Shown here: piece by piece, positions 13,258-28,438 of the stretch
Layout of the letters: each line of letters begins with the position of its first letter
Position numbering within the stretch: position 1 is the first letter of the stretch
Assembly (NCBI GenBank): GCA_016748015.1
Contig: JAAOMT010000521.1
Span: forward strand, 218,907 to 282,906
DNA: 64,000 nucleotides
Direction of reading: 5' to 3'
From: Geosiphon pyriformis uo1
Taxonomy: Eukaryota; Fungi; Glomeromycota
Notes under the pieces: model-generated
Seen by the model: the letters and a program-made list of their open reading frames with translations, nothing else
Database searches by the model: none
What the model was told of the DNA's origin: nothing
Translations under genes and position numbers: made by a program

Positions 13258-13957
13258 TTTTTAAAATATATAAATAAGACTTTTTAAAAAATATATTTAC
13301 ATTAGAATTTATATATAAATCAATACAATAATATTAATTCTTTATTTTTTTTTTACTATTTTTTCTTTTTTTTTCTTAATTTATATAATTATTAGTTTTT
13401 GTAAAGTATATTAAATAAATATTTACTAAAAAGTACAACTAATATTTGATATTAAATTCTAAGAGTGTTAATATAAAGCATAAAATTATACGAATATATT
13501 ATTTTTTATTAATAGTATGAATTATTTCTCTACTTTCAAATTCTCTTATTATTTTTTGAAAAAAATAATAACTAAGAAATTTATATCAAACTGTAATATT
13601 GGTAGTTTTTTTTTTTGTTAAATGGATTCAAATAAGTTGTAAAAACCAATAAAATTTTTTATTCTTAAAAAACAGTTTAAAGATAATTTTGGAGTTTAAG
13701 CTTAAGTTAAAGATGCTAAAAATAATTTAATAATAAGTGGTGCATTAGGTACTGTTTTTGTAAACTTTATAATTAAATTATATAATTCAGAACGTCGATT
13801 ATAATACAGGAAAAATGTTCGCAGATCGCTCAGAAGTCACGCGTAAATCACGGGACTACAAGATATCTTTGATCAAAACAACTAGAAAAAAATTCTGTCT
13901 ACTCGTTACCCTACAATTTGAAATTTCGCCCAGTAAAGAAACCATAGTATTTTCGAG

Positions 13958-16206
13958 ATGACGGAGCATGGATGGCATAGATATTTCGACGACAATGATG
14001 TCAGTAATTGGAGTATCTTTAGGTTTCATGAAACATGGATTTGTCAAAATAAAGACGATCCAAAAAACCTACGCTATCAAAAGGCAAATGACGTTCCCAC
14101 AAAAAGTCTACGTTTGCTTATTAATGATTTGAGAAGTTGAGTTGAAGAAACAGGGAGCTGCGAAACTTCTAGCAAACAAGGCGGCAAGTATATTATTATA
14201 GTAGAGTCAGCGAGTTCTATTTATACTTTTGTGGGAGTCGGTGAAGATGTGAACTGTTGTCCATACTAAGAGGAATTAACTTTTTGCTGACCCTCTGAAT
14301 GCCTTCTTGGATGTGTGGCAACAGTTGCCCATGCTAAGAGGAATCAACTTTTTGCTGATCCTCTGAATGCCTTCTTGGATGCATGGCTTGTCACAATGCC
14401 AATATGCGTGGGATTAGAGTTAGGAAGGATTAGACTTATTTATTACATCACATTTTTTCTTACAAGGGCAAACGCAATCGTGGAACTGATATTGATGGAT
14501 TTTGGACCCTCATAGAATATAAGAATCTCGAGAAAGCAGCACTTTCAAAATTAAATTGTCAACAGGTTAGTCACGAAATTTGATTATATTCATTGAGGAC
14601 AATTACAGAGCTGATTTTTCTGATTAAATACCATGATCAAGGTTAGAATGTCACGATATACTCAAGCGCTTTAACTGATGCTGCGATAACAAATTTAAGT
14701 AACATTATACCAGAAAGAAGTGTCTCTTTATTCGGAGGAAATCCGAATGGTGGTGTTTTTGCTCCTTCTGGTTGTGGATCAAGATTTTTATTTCCTTCTT
14801 GTCTTGTTGATGCTGTTTCTGAATAAAGACATTCAAAAGGTCATTTACTCAGCAAGACAGATGTTGACTCTACTCCAGACAAGCAAAATATGCATAGTAA
14901 GATTGTTTGGTGAGTTCATATATTCATAATAGGCAGCTGATTTGACCAAGTTAATTTGATACTTCTATCGTATGTTAGTTATCTTAACGCCATGGAAAAT
15001 TTGCTAAAGTATAATCGAGTTGTAAGCGATGTTCCACCTGTGTGGACAAAATCTCTGGAGTTTTATCTCGACAATGTTCTTAGGGTGAATATCCGTGGGT
15101 ATTAGTTACTGACATGTTGGAAGCCAACAGATGTTTATATCTTTTGCTGTTAATTTGCAGAAAGAAGGAGATGAATTTAAGATTGCTGCAATGGAAAAAA
15201 TAAATGGAGATGAAGGAAATTACTTTCGTTTGTACTGTGAAAAAATTCTGACTGATTTGTGAGTTTTATTTTGCCATTGTTTTTTTTAGATGACTAGTAT
15301 TAAACTTTTCTTCTTAATTCTAGCTATAATTTGGTCTAATATATCAAGAAAAATTGGCGAACGAAAGTATATTGTACAAAATATTTCTTCTCTCTTTAAA
15401 TTTTATGAAACAATGTTCGGAAATATAAGCTTTGATTGGATAGAGTCGCATTCTCCTGCAGGCAAATTAACAAAATTGGCCAGCAACTTCGGCATTATTA
15501 AGGTAGACATGAGAGGTAAGCAACAAATGCTTATTTGTGATTTTACTATTAGATTTTTTAATTAATCCAACCAATTTTAAAAGAAGTCCGGTTATTGGAT
15601 GATAAAGAAGTCTTTCACATTGAAGTTTCGGGTCCGCCTTCATTATCATCAAAACAACATTGCATGGATGATACGAAAAAATTTCTGCATACGGACATCC
15701 TAAATTTGATCACCATCTTACTCGAACATCTTGATTTATCTGTTGAAGTCGCAACACAAATCAAAGTGTTCAGTTTTCAAGTTATGAGTATGTACTTTTT
15801 ATTTATTATAAATAATAATTTAATTTATTAATAATATATTGTGGTTGGTTATTAGAATATCGAATTACGTTTTATTCCTTAAATATGTTGAATGATGAAT
15901 ATTTTCTTTCATCAGAGTTATTTTCTGCTTTGTTTCCCTTCTCCTTCGATGCTAGAGCAAAGTACAAACAAATACTATTTCTTATGGGTGTTTTTCACGT
16001 AAGTAAAGTTATACATATTGCTTATTAATTAACAGTGTTTTTATAATTCTTAGAATGAAGTTATAGAACAAATTTCTTTGATGCAAGATCTTGATTTAAA
16101 CATTAATCGTTATGAAGGAAAGTTGGTTCGAGAAGTCTTGATTCCGATAGCATTGAAAGATCTTCTCCAGAGTGAAGAATCTGCATGCTTATTAGTGAAA
16201 AATTAA
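13958..16206 (+). pseudogene. Multi-exon, disrupted gene with a PD-(D/E)xK-like C-terminal core (Crinkler-associated REase-like)
   Basis: Exon fragments SRKIGERKYIVQNISSLFKFYE..FDWIE, IIKVDMRG and DDKEVFHIEVSGPP..HCMDDTKK are joined by GT-AG introns. There are stops or frameshifts near 14140 and 15338. The family assignment is inferred from motif spacing only. Confidence 0.5.
14252..14387. repeat. 68-bp tandem duplication (2 copies)
   Basis: aactgttgtccatactaagagg...cttcttggatgtgtggc is followed by aacagttgcccatgctaagagg...cttcttggatgcatggc. Confidence 0.85.
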
Positions 16207-16894
16207 TAAAACGTTTATTGTATTTCAGAGGAATGAGGCTTTGCTTTTCGGCTTGTTTATAATATAAATGAAATATTGTGTAAGTTAAACTTTCAGATTA
16301 AACAAAAATTTTCATATAGCTGATTAACAATTTGCCAATTATCCAAAGATTGATGGTTTTAAACTTAAAATATTTGATTGGTTTGTATGACGTTTGATCT
16401 TTGATTCAGCCATCATGTACACTGGTAGAGCCATTTCAAAATCTGAAAAGTAGTTTATAGCACGGATGAACACTTCAGGTTTACCGTAACGCGTATTTCA
16501 TATAATGGAACCAAGATGTTAATGAACCCAAAATGGCAAACGGCTGAGGGGTTTGGATCGTCAATATTTTTGTAACCATTCAAACTACAATCATTTCAGA
16601 TAGTACTATATTATTTAATGTAAGTGATACATTTACCGAACTCCTTGAAACAATTTGAAAAAATTGTGAATAAACTTCAAACAACCAAAATCAGGCTGAA
16701 AATTTAATTGAAAATTACTAAAAATGTTCATTCGCGTTTCAAAAGAGAAAATCTTAACCTTCGAGTGACATAATACACCAAACGAATTGAAAAACGGATT
16801 TCTTCACTTAAAATACTAGAAAATAGGAGTCCTATAAATTTACCACCTAAATCTTGAAAGCCCAATAACTACTTACAAGCTATAGTCCTAGACA

Positions 16895-18722
16895 TTAGTT
16901 AACAATGATATCACTTGTCATTTCCCCCATTTCGGGTCTAATCGGTGTCCCGTCCCAATCCCATCCAAGCGACCTGCCAAGGCGACGAGCCGCAAGTCTC
17001 ATTTTAGCAGCTTGATTATCGAATATCTCAGGTTCCTCTATTTATTGATGAATATGATGACGACAACGATCGGAGCTAAAATAAAAAACCAGACAATTAT
17101 TCTAATGAAATTTTTGGTAAATACTTGCCTTCTTCTGTTAGTCTAAGCTCCGCAGCCTGTTCCAAGAATTTCTCATAGGCTGCATCATGACGAGAAGAAG
17201 CAGCGGCATTGGGACCATTAAAACACATTTCACCAATATCTAACTCCTCCTTCTTCCCAGATTTGGATGCTTGGTGATGAATATATTCATATTTCAAATG
17301 TTGAGGGGATGCACATGGGTTCTCATCATTGAGCCTTGCTTTGTTATCAGAATCGAATGTTTGATCAAAGCTCAATTTCTCATGTGAAACTGGATCGGAA
17401 TTTTCTGAATTGCAAGTAGAATTAGCATGATTCGCCACTAATAAATTTTTTGAATCATGATCCTGGTGGCTTTTCTTGTCCATGTTTAAGAACATTTCGT
17501 TAATAGGACCATTGCGGAAACCAGCTATGACCGATTGTTTCGACTTAAAGAATGACGATTTATGCATGGCAATTGCCTTAGTACTTGTTGATTTCGGCTT
17601 TGAAAAAGTATGATCTTTATAAAGGAGTAATTTAGGTTTTCTCTTTGGAGGGATTATGATGTGAATATTCCTGAAAATTCTAAAACCTAAGAATCGCTGA
17701 AGATCATGAAATAATCGACCATCCATGATGGTTTCTTGTCTTAGAGTTTTCTGAATAAGCATTGCCTCATGGTTTTTTAAAGTATGTTTAAAATGGCTAG
17801 TGCTTCCATAAGTGATCAATTTAGTTTTGATCTTTGCAACAGAAATATTGCCAACTTCGATTAGAGCTGATCGTCTGGGATGACTACGCGGCGCAATGAC
17901 CATCGATTGTAATTTGAGACTCATTTTAGATCTGGGCAATAACTCTAAACTTAAGAAAGAGTCTTTGATTTTATCCCACGTTTCCTGAACCGGATAGTAA
18001 GAAGGAATAAATTCTTCATCTTTTTCAATAATTGCCGAGGTAATCTCTTCTAATAAAGTTGATACTTTTAAATTAAGTATAACGCCCTTCCTTAGGTTAA
18101 ATATTGAAATCCAAGAATTTTCCGTGTTAGAATTGATTCTATTTCTTAATTCAATTGCGGGTCTGCAGATTGTTTTAATTTCTGGTTTTTCGATTTGTTT
18201 GCTGGGCGCGACTATCGTACTTGCAACTAATTGCCTTCTATTTGGCAAAGAGGGGAACCTTGAAAGAGTGGTGACAGTGCGACTTGATAGACTAAGACGC
18301 TTGGATTCAAGAATAGCTTCAATCAAGAAATGTTCCTTTAGTGATAGGTCTTTTATAATATTAAGGCTAGCTCGAAGGGAGCGTCCATTTAATTTCTTTG
18401 TTTTTTTAAGGACGCATGGGTCTACAGACGCTTTTTTTACTTGCGTTACCAAACACTTGTGAGTTGTTGTAGATGCCGTTGAAACGACGTATTCAAAAGG
18501 CTTTGGGTATAGAATAAGTGCCTTAGATTGTGAGGTTACTATTTCCTTCGCCTCATCGTGTAACCCATTTTTGACTATCAGTGTTTGGTGTTGGTTCACA
18601 CCTTCAGATTTCAAAGACTTGTATTGGGCTTGGGCAAAAAGTTTAATAGCTAATAGAATGGTAAAAATACCACCTAAATAGCAAGTTATTCCAATGTTAA
18701 TAACTGTTTGAATGTCCACCAT
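16895..18722 (-). CDS. Hypothetical basic protein with an N-terminal hydrophobic segment; two exons, probable GC-AG intron 17038-17128
   Basis: Long open frame 17097-18941. The likely ATG at 18722 gives MVDIQTVINIGITCYLGGIFTILLAIKLF; upstream ATGs are possible. The spliced last exon reads EEPEIFDNQAAKMRLAARRLGRSLGWDWDG...N*. Confidence 0.6.
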
Positions 18723-20004
18723 TACTGAGAAAGTTGTTTGGAAAGGTGAGAAGTTTGTGGATGACACGCCTGAAAATTTTCTTCTTATGTGCACACAAAA
18801 CACGTAAAACGTAAGAATCATGTGCACAGATGACAAAGTGAACATGTGACGTCGCATGGGCGGACGCATTATAATTTTATGTGTAAGGATTTGACACGTC
18901 TTTTTCTTCCCTACCACTTGTTTTGATTCGCCTTCCGCCAAATGGGGTTTTATCGATTTTTACAAGCGCCGGAGAAACAAAGGCAATTTTACCTTTTCTT
19001 TCAGGAGGGAATCGTTTCTGCTCAAAAGGACTCTGGATTTCTACAAAGAGCAATCTCCAGAAACTAAACGTTTGGCTAGCGAGGTAGCACAAACTACTTA
19101 TGTCCGGAAACATATAGATAAATATTTCCGACGAAAAAGCTTTCTTAAAATGTGTGATCTAAAACCCTATAGGAAGAATATCTTCCCGCCAAGTTCTGTG
19201 GCTTGGGATCTTTTCAAATACCTATCTTCATTGGCTTATACAATATCCTATGGCTGTACAGTATCTACCACTAGTACTTTCGTCTCGTGATGAGGACGCG
19301 CCTTTTCGTCTTATAATCTTCGTGATGCGCAGGAATCTCAGAAGTCTTATGACTACTACAACTACGAGGAACTTCTTCGTGCCGTTCCTCTTATGATCTT
19401 CATGATCATTGTAGTCTATCCATAACTTTCACCACCTTAGTATTAGAAGTATTTACTACAAACAATTCCTTTTCCCCCAGAATCACCAATATCATCATCA
19501 ACTTTCTGAAATTTGGAATAACTATGTAAACAGTAAGTCTCCCACACTTAAATAGTTCTGATTTTGCCAACTGGTATAGACACAATGTCTTTGGTTCGAT
19601 TGCATTCTAAATATTTAAACGATTAAAAAATATCGATTTATTAACCTAAAATATATATTAATTGTAAATGAATACCTATTTATTTTTTTCTAAATTATTA
19701 AGACCCATTTTTTGTGAAAAGAAAATGTTTGCAAAAATAAAAAAGAAATGCTATTTCAATTTTAATTAATAATAAAAAAAGCTATTTTATCATGTAAACC
19801 AATTAATTTTAAATTCTTAGGAAATTTCGTACCCCAAGCTAAAAGGTGGCTTCAGTTTCTCGATTGAAACGGTTTCAATGTAAAGATGATGCATTGAAAT
19901 GCGTTTTTATTTTTCTTTAGAATAAATTGGGTGTTAATATTAATAATAACTCAAAATATCCAGAAAAAATCACCAGGCAAGGTTGAATGCCAGGGAAGAA
20001 AAAA

Positions 20005-21129
<1,125 letters not shown>

Positions 21130-21862
21130 TTTTGAGGTCTGAGAAGATAAAAGGTAAAGGTTTGATAAGAAGCTTGAAACTTTAAAGAAAAATTTCAAAT
21201 GTAAAAATTACAAAATATTAATTTTTATACTAATCAAATCAAATTATAATATTTGATTGATTAATATTTGAAATGAATACTAAAATAAGCTTATAATTAA
21301 TTAAGATAATAAAAACTTGAATTTATTTAAATGGTTTGAGAACAGTAAAAACTGAATAAATTTTCTTTCAATGTTTTAATCACTTTGGTACAGCCAAATG
21401 AACTTAATAAATTGATTAATATTTATTTGTGACAACGATTGAGTTTATAATAGTTCATATTTTCAAAATTTAAAAAGATAAGTCTCTATCTGAAAAATCT
21501 TTAACCTTATTTTTAACTTTATTAAATATTCATGTATAGTTGACTTTTATCAATTTGTTTTTTAAAAAGAAATAATTCCACTACCCAATCTGATATAAAG
21601 AGACAAAAATGGAAATCTTCTTAACAAATTATTCAAATTAAAGAAGTTAAAAATTCTCGGCACCCTTTTTTATTGATTGTCTTTGATAATTCTTTTGATC
21701 AATAAGAAATAGTTTGATAAATTTGATGAGTGACGAAATAATACTTACGCCACAGGATTTTAAGATCAAATATTGAAATGCGTGATAAAATGGAATGATT
21801 TTTCACACTCTTTTATAATTTGTTATTTCAAATAACTCTTAGAGCGAAGTTTTCAAAATAAA

Positions 21863-24318
21863 ATGCTGAATAGTTCAAATAATCAACAACAAAACGTGAA
21901 CCATGCTATTGCCTTTCAGCATGCAGAGACCGTCCCTCCGTCTCCAGTCAAGGAAGATCAAGTCATAACTTCGGTTCTTCCTAATATTTCAGAGACAATA
22001 GGGGAAACTTTTTCTGGAGATATCCCGAAAAGCGAAAATCACATCGACGGGTTCAATGTTACGCAACCCAAAAATTCGCAACAAAATACTTCTAAAATTG
22101 TAAATTTTGCGATTGAAATTTCTTTTTTTGAGATAGGCAAATCGCAATAGTCTATTTTCCCGCGCCAGAAAACCATATTCTCGCTTGTTTCTATACGATC
22201 CCTGATTTTGAATTTTCGATTTTTGACTCATATTAGAGGAAACTGATAAGTGTTCTTTGATTTCAATTGCAACCTATCTTTTTTGATTTTATAGACTGAG
22301 AGTCTTAAGATTCTTGAAAGTTTTTCTTTATCAACGTTTTTTGCCAACCTCTTTTTGCTGGAGAAAGATTTGAAATATTACAAACCTTTGCTCATGGCAG
22401 AAGATATCCCAATTTTTCAATCCATGCTGTGACTGAAGTTCTGAGCATAATCTCTGGATCGTGTAGAAACCTGCAAGAATGGTATTTTGTCCCGCAAAAT
22501 ACAATGCAACAACAAAATTGGTTAACAAAAATATCATCGAATAAACTTTAGAAACAGCATACCACGGAAAAAATTTCTCCAGACGCTTCACCACTTTTCA
22601 AATATTCGAAATACCTGGGTACTTATTTATCCCAGCCCAAAATTGTGGACCAAGTAATCCCTTCCTCTTCAATGAAACAAAAAATTTCCCTCGGACCACT
22701 TTCTGTATCTTCTTCTCCAATGCTTCCTTCACGCACTTGGGACTATAAAAGGTTAATTACCAAAGTCATAAATATCGAACATTTACTGGAGAACGTTCAG
22801 GATAATAAAAATATGTGCCAAAACTGTAACGGAAATACCAAAGAATTATTGGGTAATTTATCGACTACGATATTAGATGAATTGCTGAGTTTGCGTGAAC
22901 TGGCAACCCAAAATTTTCAGAAAGAGGAGTCAATAACGCGTGCAAGTACGTATCAACATTATTTTTGGTTTTGCGGCTTTAATTCTGGAATTTGACAGTA
23001 ACCTACTCTAAAAAATTTATGAAATGCAGTCGAAAAATCACACCTTGACATGCAAAAATTATTTAAAGACGAATTGAGCCATCAATTTAGCATACACTTT
23101 ACAGAATTTCACAATCAACTTTTAACAAAAATGGACAATAAATACCAGGCACAGCGAGTACACCTTGAAAAGATATCGCATTTATATTCAAAAAGTATGG
23201 GCGAGATTCAAAAGGAACTTGCATTCTATCGGCAAATGCTAGATTCTATATCAGAGGTTAGTAATAACTTTTTAACTTTAAAATTATTGCATTAAAGAAC
23301 CTCTAGGCTCAAAAATAAATGCTTTCTGGTCAATTCAAAGCAAAATCGTTCCATTTTTCAACTTCATGAACGTTATTTATCTGAATTACAGAACAAAGGT
23401 GGGATATATTTATATAATTTTTGAATCATGGTAAGTTCTATCAATCTATACTTTTTTTTTATAGAAATATTTAAAGAAACGAAAATGTTCGAGGATACGA
23501 CCAAGGTCAAACAAGAGCATCAAGGAAACTTTCACGAATATCGTCAAAGCTCCATCGGCTCTATCCCTCATGTGCTTGGAGCAAAAGCCAATTTCTTCGA
23601 TAACCATCGAGAGGATGATGTTGGAAACGGAAAATACTTTGATGTCATTTCAAGAGGCGACATTAATAACAATACTCAGCAATGTTTATTTTTAAATAAT
23701 TGGCCACAACCAAAGGTCAATATGGGAAGCCAGCTTCCAAGTGGACAAATTCCCCACGTAGATATGCATCCCTGGAAGCCCTCTTTAGGTCAATTTAATC
23801 AACACGAACAATTGGGATTCCCCCTCCCTGTAGTTAATATTGAAGCCCCATGTTTTCGAAAACCAGAAATAAATGACTGCTTTGAATTACCGTCTCTAAA
23901 AAAACTGAGCGATGACAGGCAAAGGTGAAATATTTGATCCATTAAAGACGGTTTGATTGCTTTATTGAAAACCGCTTATATTTATAAATTTCAAAGTACA
24001 CATTCTTCGGATTCCGAAAAATTATCTCTACAAAACATCTCTCAAAACCAACCAACTCAACCAGCAAACATAATTAATTGTTCCGATTTGACTTCCGTAA
24101 ATCCAATTTCTTCATTACCAGCGAAGTCGATTAACAAGGTAATTTCCATGATTTAAAATCTTTCTCTTGCATTTGGTTCAATTTCAATTTCTCCTGCAAC
24201 TCTTATCCCTTTCCACCAGAACAAAAGGAAACTTATTATTGATGAAGATTCGGAAGAAGGAATGAAAACCAAACTGAATGGGGATAGCCGACTGAAGAAA
24301 ATCCGCAACAATGTCTAA
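21863..24318 (+). CDS. Multi-exon hypothetical protein with a central coiled-coil-like region; may be partly disrupted
   Basis: A series of + ORFs (21863, 22645, 23050, 23428, 23953) is separated by intron-like gaps and ends KRKLIIDEDSEEG...NNV*. The candidate exon at about 22295-22620 contains stops. Confidence 0.45.
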
Positions 24319-24507
24319 AAAAGCCCCTTTTGATATTCTATAAAAATGACTGATGTGTGTCAACTTAATTACGTCACATGTTATTATGATAAATACCTCA
24401 TATTTTGATATTCCCACGATCAAATCTGTGATTTATTCTTATACATGTATAAAACCGAGAAGCGGACTTTAAAATTATTAAACATCTAATTTAGCCTCAG
24501 TGTTAAA

Positions 24508-26149
24508 ATGCTGGCCGTGTCGGCCAAAGCGACGCAATTAATACAGTCTGTAATTGCTGCTTTTCCGCAGACTTTCTTCTTCTTGACACAGATCAAAAAA
24601 CGCTTGCATTTAGAAACATCTCAAAAAAGCCCGAAATTGGGAAATGAAAGTTCTGCCCAAAGTGGTTTAGACATGCCAGTTCGACCAATTTATCTATCCC
24701 CGAAATTGCCTCTTGTTTTATGTCACGGTATCTAAAACTTTTATAAGAACATTGTGGTTAAAAGCTCGAATAAATTTAGGTTTCCTTAACTTTCACACCT
24801 TATCATTGTTAACTTCACTTTTTTAGGGCTTTTTGGGTTTGATAAATTAGGTTTGACAACCTCTCGCATAAGTCTTTTATCCCTCCTTGCTCTTTTTGGT
24901 TGATATTGGGACTCTTGGACATAGGGCCAAGATCGTTTCCCCTTCTTCAAATACACTATTGGGGTGGAATTCAAGAAGCCTTGCAAAAAATCGGTGCGCA
25001 GGTTATTGTTACAAAGGTTCCCAGGTATCTATTCAAGTAAATCGTTTTTATTAGTGGGAAATGCCAATGGTTCCTAATTTAATCTGTTCTATTTATTTGT
25101 TAACCAATATTCTGCAGAACTGGTGGGATCAGATCGCGTGCCCGAGAATTGCATCGTACTTTGGAAAAAACCCTGGCTGGAAGTGAAATAAACCTTTTAG
25201 CACATTCAATGGTATATGTAGTTTTTATAGAGTTCAAATATAAGAAGTATTTAGTAATTAATTGACTTACCGCTCCCTACATATGTAGGGTGGTCTTGAT
25301 TGTCGATATCTTATCGCCCACTTGCCCCCTGAAAAATGCACAATTCGGTCATTGACCACAGTTGGAACGCCACATCGAGGAAGTCCTTTTATGGATTGGT
25401 GTAGGGATAATTTTGGGTTAGGCCTGGTTTCCGGCTCATTTGGAGCAGTCGCAAAAGCTGAGGATCCTTCTTCACTCCATCACGAGAACAATGACTATCA
25501 ACCTACCCAAAAATCTACTAAATCATCAATTTGTTCTCCAAATAGGCAGCATAATTCAATATCATCTCCCACTGAGCGTGATGAAAACTCTTTCAAAGGG
25601 TCCAAACCTTTAGAATCCTCTAACGATAAAAAATCTTCGACATCATCCTCTAAAAACAAAAAACTTTTTCCCAATATAAATATTCCTCATATTTCTATTC
25701 AAAACATGCCACTCCCACATATCTCTCTGCCCAGTTTGAACGTCAATCTCCCTAATATTTTGTCATCTTCCATCCCATTGACTCGTACAGTTATTCAAGC
25801 TGTTGACGCACCAGCTTATGCAAATCTTACCACTGAATATTGTATCAACCATTTCAATCCAAACACACCTAATGACCCGTCTGTAGCATACTACTCTTAT
25901 GGTGCTGCAACTGATATTCCAATCTGGTCACCCCTATATTTTCCACATCAAATAATCAAAGCAAAGGAGGGGCCTAATGATGGCTTAGTAAGTGTGAAAT
26001 CTGCTAGATGGGGGAGATATGTTAGGACCGTAGACTGTGACCATTGGGATCTGACGGATAGATGGCGGTTTAAATTTGGCAACGATCAATTTGACCCAGT
26101 AGAATTTTATTTAAGTGTGGCAACCTTTCTTGCACGGGAGGGATACTAG
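24508..26149 (+). CDS. TGL2: Triacylglycerol lipase, alpha/beta hydrolase (Tgl2-like), multi-exon
   Basis: PLVLCHG-LFGFD, HYWGGIQEAL, nucleophile elbow AHSM-GGLDCRY split by an intron, LTTVGTPHRGSPF, NDGLVSVKSARWG and DHWDL. Confidence 0.88.
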
Positions 26150-26731
26150 GTGATTAAATGTAATACCTGGAAATAAATATAGGATTTACATAAATGCTCC
26201 TCCCCCTCCAAAAAATAATTTATGGTTTCTTGTAATTTCGGTTATTATATTCTTTGGATGGGTAAATTTAAAGAAAAATTCAGTGACCCATGGTTCATGG
26301 GATCGCGCAGACATAATTGGTCAAAGATTTAGAATCTGATTATCTTTTAAAACTTCCGTATAAATTGAGAAATAAAGAATTGATGTCATTTTCAAGTTTC
26401 GAATTTAAAAGGTTTCAGGCCTTGGTTATTTTCGCTTTGTGACAAGAGAAAACCTATAGGGCAAAAATGGTGATATAAACATGTTTAAGCATTCAATTAA
26501 AAGGCTCTTGTGCGAAATGCAATAACTTTGTGTTTGGGATGACGTTGCCTTGAAAGCCCGGTGTTCTAAAAACTATTGATATTGAGTGGCATAAATTTTG
26601 ACCTGTTCCATTCTTGAACTAATTGCAATTTCCCAGTCTATGATCTTTAGCTGATTCTAGATAATATATAGTAATTTAGGAGACGGATGATTATAAAACT
26701 TTTACCAAGTTCCTAGATCCTTTCGAAAATG

Positions 26732-27565
26732 TTAAAAAGGTTCAGAATCAAGCTGGTTCAATCTCTCAATCAATTTTCTTTGCAAAGGGTCACTCAAAAC
26801 AAATATTCCACTAGCATTCACAATACGATGAGTTGGCATTGGTTGGTAAGTTCCCGGGACAATTTTACCACGCGTCACTTTCACCACGCCGAAAATATTT
26901 TCAGGAAAGGGTATACGTCCCCAAGGTACGGGCTCACGAGCATCTTCAAACAAACAAACTATGAGAAGAGTTCAGATTTATGACCAAAAATTATAGCCAA
27001 TCGGTTCACTGACCTGTAACATGTAACCAACTGGGCAACGATAACATCATGAGATATGATAGCACAGTTGGTTGGATAGGATCCGGAGGTAAATTGATTT
27101 TAAGCCAATCCAAAAATATCGTTTAATTAAATTAAAGTTCTTAACATACCCTTCTCTTTGATATTTGGCTTGTGCTTTAAATGTTGGATCAGCATCAGCC
27201 ACATGATCCTCAATGACTTCATGTAAGAGATCAATAAATTCTTTGTTTTCTTTGAAATTTTGAGGCGTTGGCTTTGGAGCCAATTCAGCAAACGGGACCC
27301 AACCAATCGCTGATACGCTATATCTAGCTACTTTTTCCGGGTTACTCAGGAAAGAGAGCGCAAAATGAGTCAAATCAGATGTCGGATGGTAAAATAGGCC
27401 TTTATATGTATCATCTTCTATTACAGTTGCTGTTGGCGAGTTTCCGGGAAGGACGGTCGAAAAATCTCTTTTCAGTAGATAAGAAACAGACCGCGTTTGG
27501 AAGTAGCCAATAACAATTTTTTTAAAGCTTTGAGAGGATTTAAGAGCAAACTTTGAGCCTTGCAT
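26732..27565 (-). CDS. Conserved-type fungal hypothetical protein with a mitochondrial-presequence-like N-terminus, 3 exons
   Basis: Exons join as ...AQAKYQREG-WLHVT-..PWGRIPFPENIFGVVKVTRGKIVPGTYQPMPTHRIV...; the N-terminus is basic and Ser-rich. Confidence 0.72.
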
Positions 27566-27879
27566 GGTTTCGCAAAATTTTATCTATTTCCGAAGCAGGA
27601 AAGCAATGTAAAAAACTGGACCTCTTTGGATCTGGCAGAATACTGCCAAGTGGCGGAAATCAGCGCATTCGCTTCCTATGTGGTTTTAGTTACAAGTGAG
27701 CAAGAGCCTCACGAACTGAAAATTTCTCTGCAAAATTTCTGTGTCACTAGACTCAAGATCAGATGCGTCAAGTCAACTGGGCGGCATATTCTATTGTCAC
27801 GTGATTTGGAATCTGAGTATAAATAAATGACTTGGTTGTATCAAATTTTTCTTATTTTACTTATTTTACTTTAGTTAAA

Positions 27880-28438
27880 ATGCAAAACGACCAAGGCCAA
27901 CAGGTTGATCTCTATGTCCCACGAAAGTGGTACGTGCAAGAACCCAATATCCCGCCCTAAAAATAAAAGATTCTTTGGTTTCGAGAAAAAGGATAAATTA
28001 CAAAGAGTAACCGGGAATGTTTTTTTATTTATTGTTCACTTAAAAAAAAAAGCTCAGCGACCAACCGTCTCATATCCGCAAAAGATCATGCGGCAGTACA
28101 AATCAATATTGGTGACGTAGATCCACAAGGTCGATATACCGGAACCTTCACCACTTATGCCTTGTGTGGTTTCATCCGCGGTCAGGGAGAGTCCGACGAT
28201 TCTTTAAATCGTCTGGCTACTAATGATGGCTGTGAGCATAATTGATGTCACGTTCTTGTAATATTTTAATTTAGTGGATGCTAATCATCTTTTGCTTTAT
28301 GGGATTTGTGGATATCTATCTAGTATTGAAAAAGTATGTTAATATTTCCGGGCTATTTAAAAAATGTTAATGGTTGAGACTTTTTATCTAACATTGTCTT
28401 TTAATTTTTTATACAGCGTTTGGAGCCCTCAACGTTGA
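27880..28438 (+). CDS. RPS21: 40S ribosomal protein eS21, 4 exons including a 10-nt micro-exon; missed by the ORF track
   Basis: Spliced product [86 protein letters not shown]. Confidence 0.97.

Noticed and set aside
21863-24318. Possible meiotic double-strand-break accessory protein (Rec114- or IHO1/Mer2-like) next to the MCM8-like relic
   Set aside because: The resemblance is vague (LESFSL, a coiled coil, an acidic tail) and the exon structure is uncertain. It needs a profile search.
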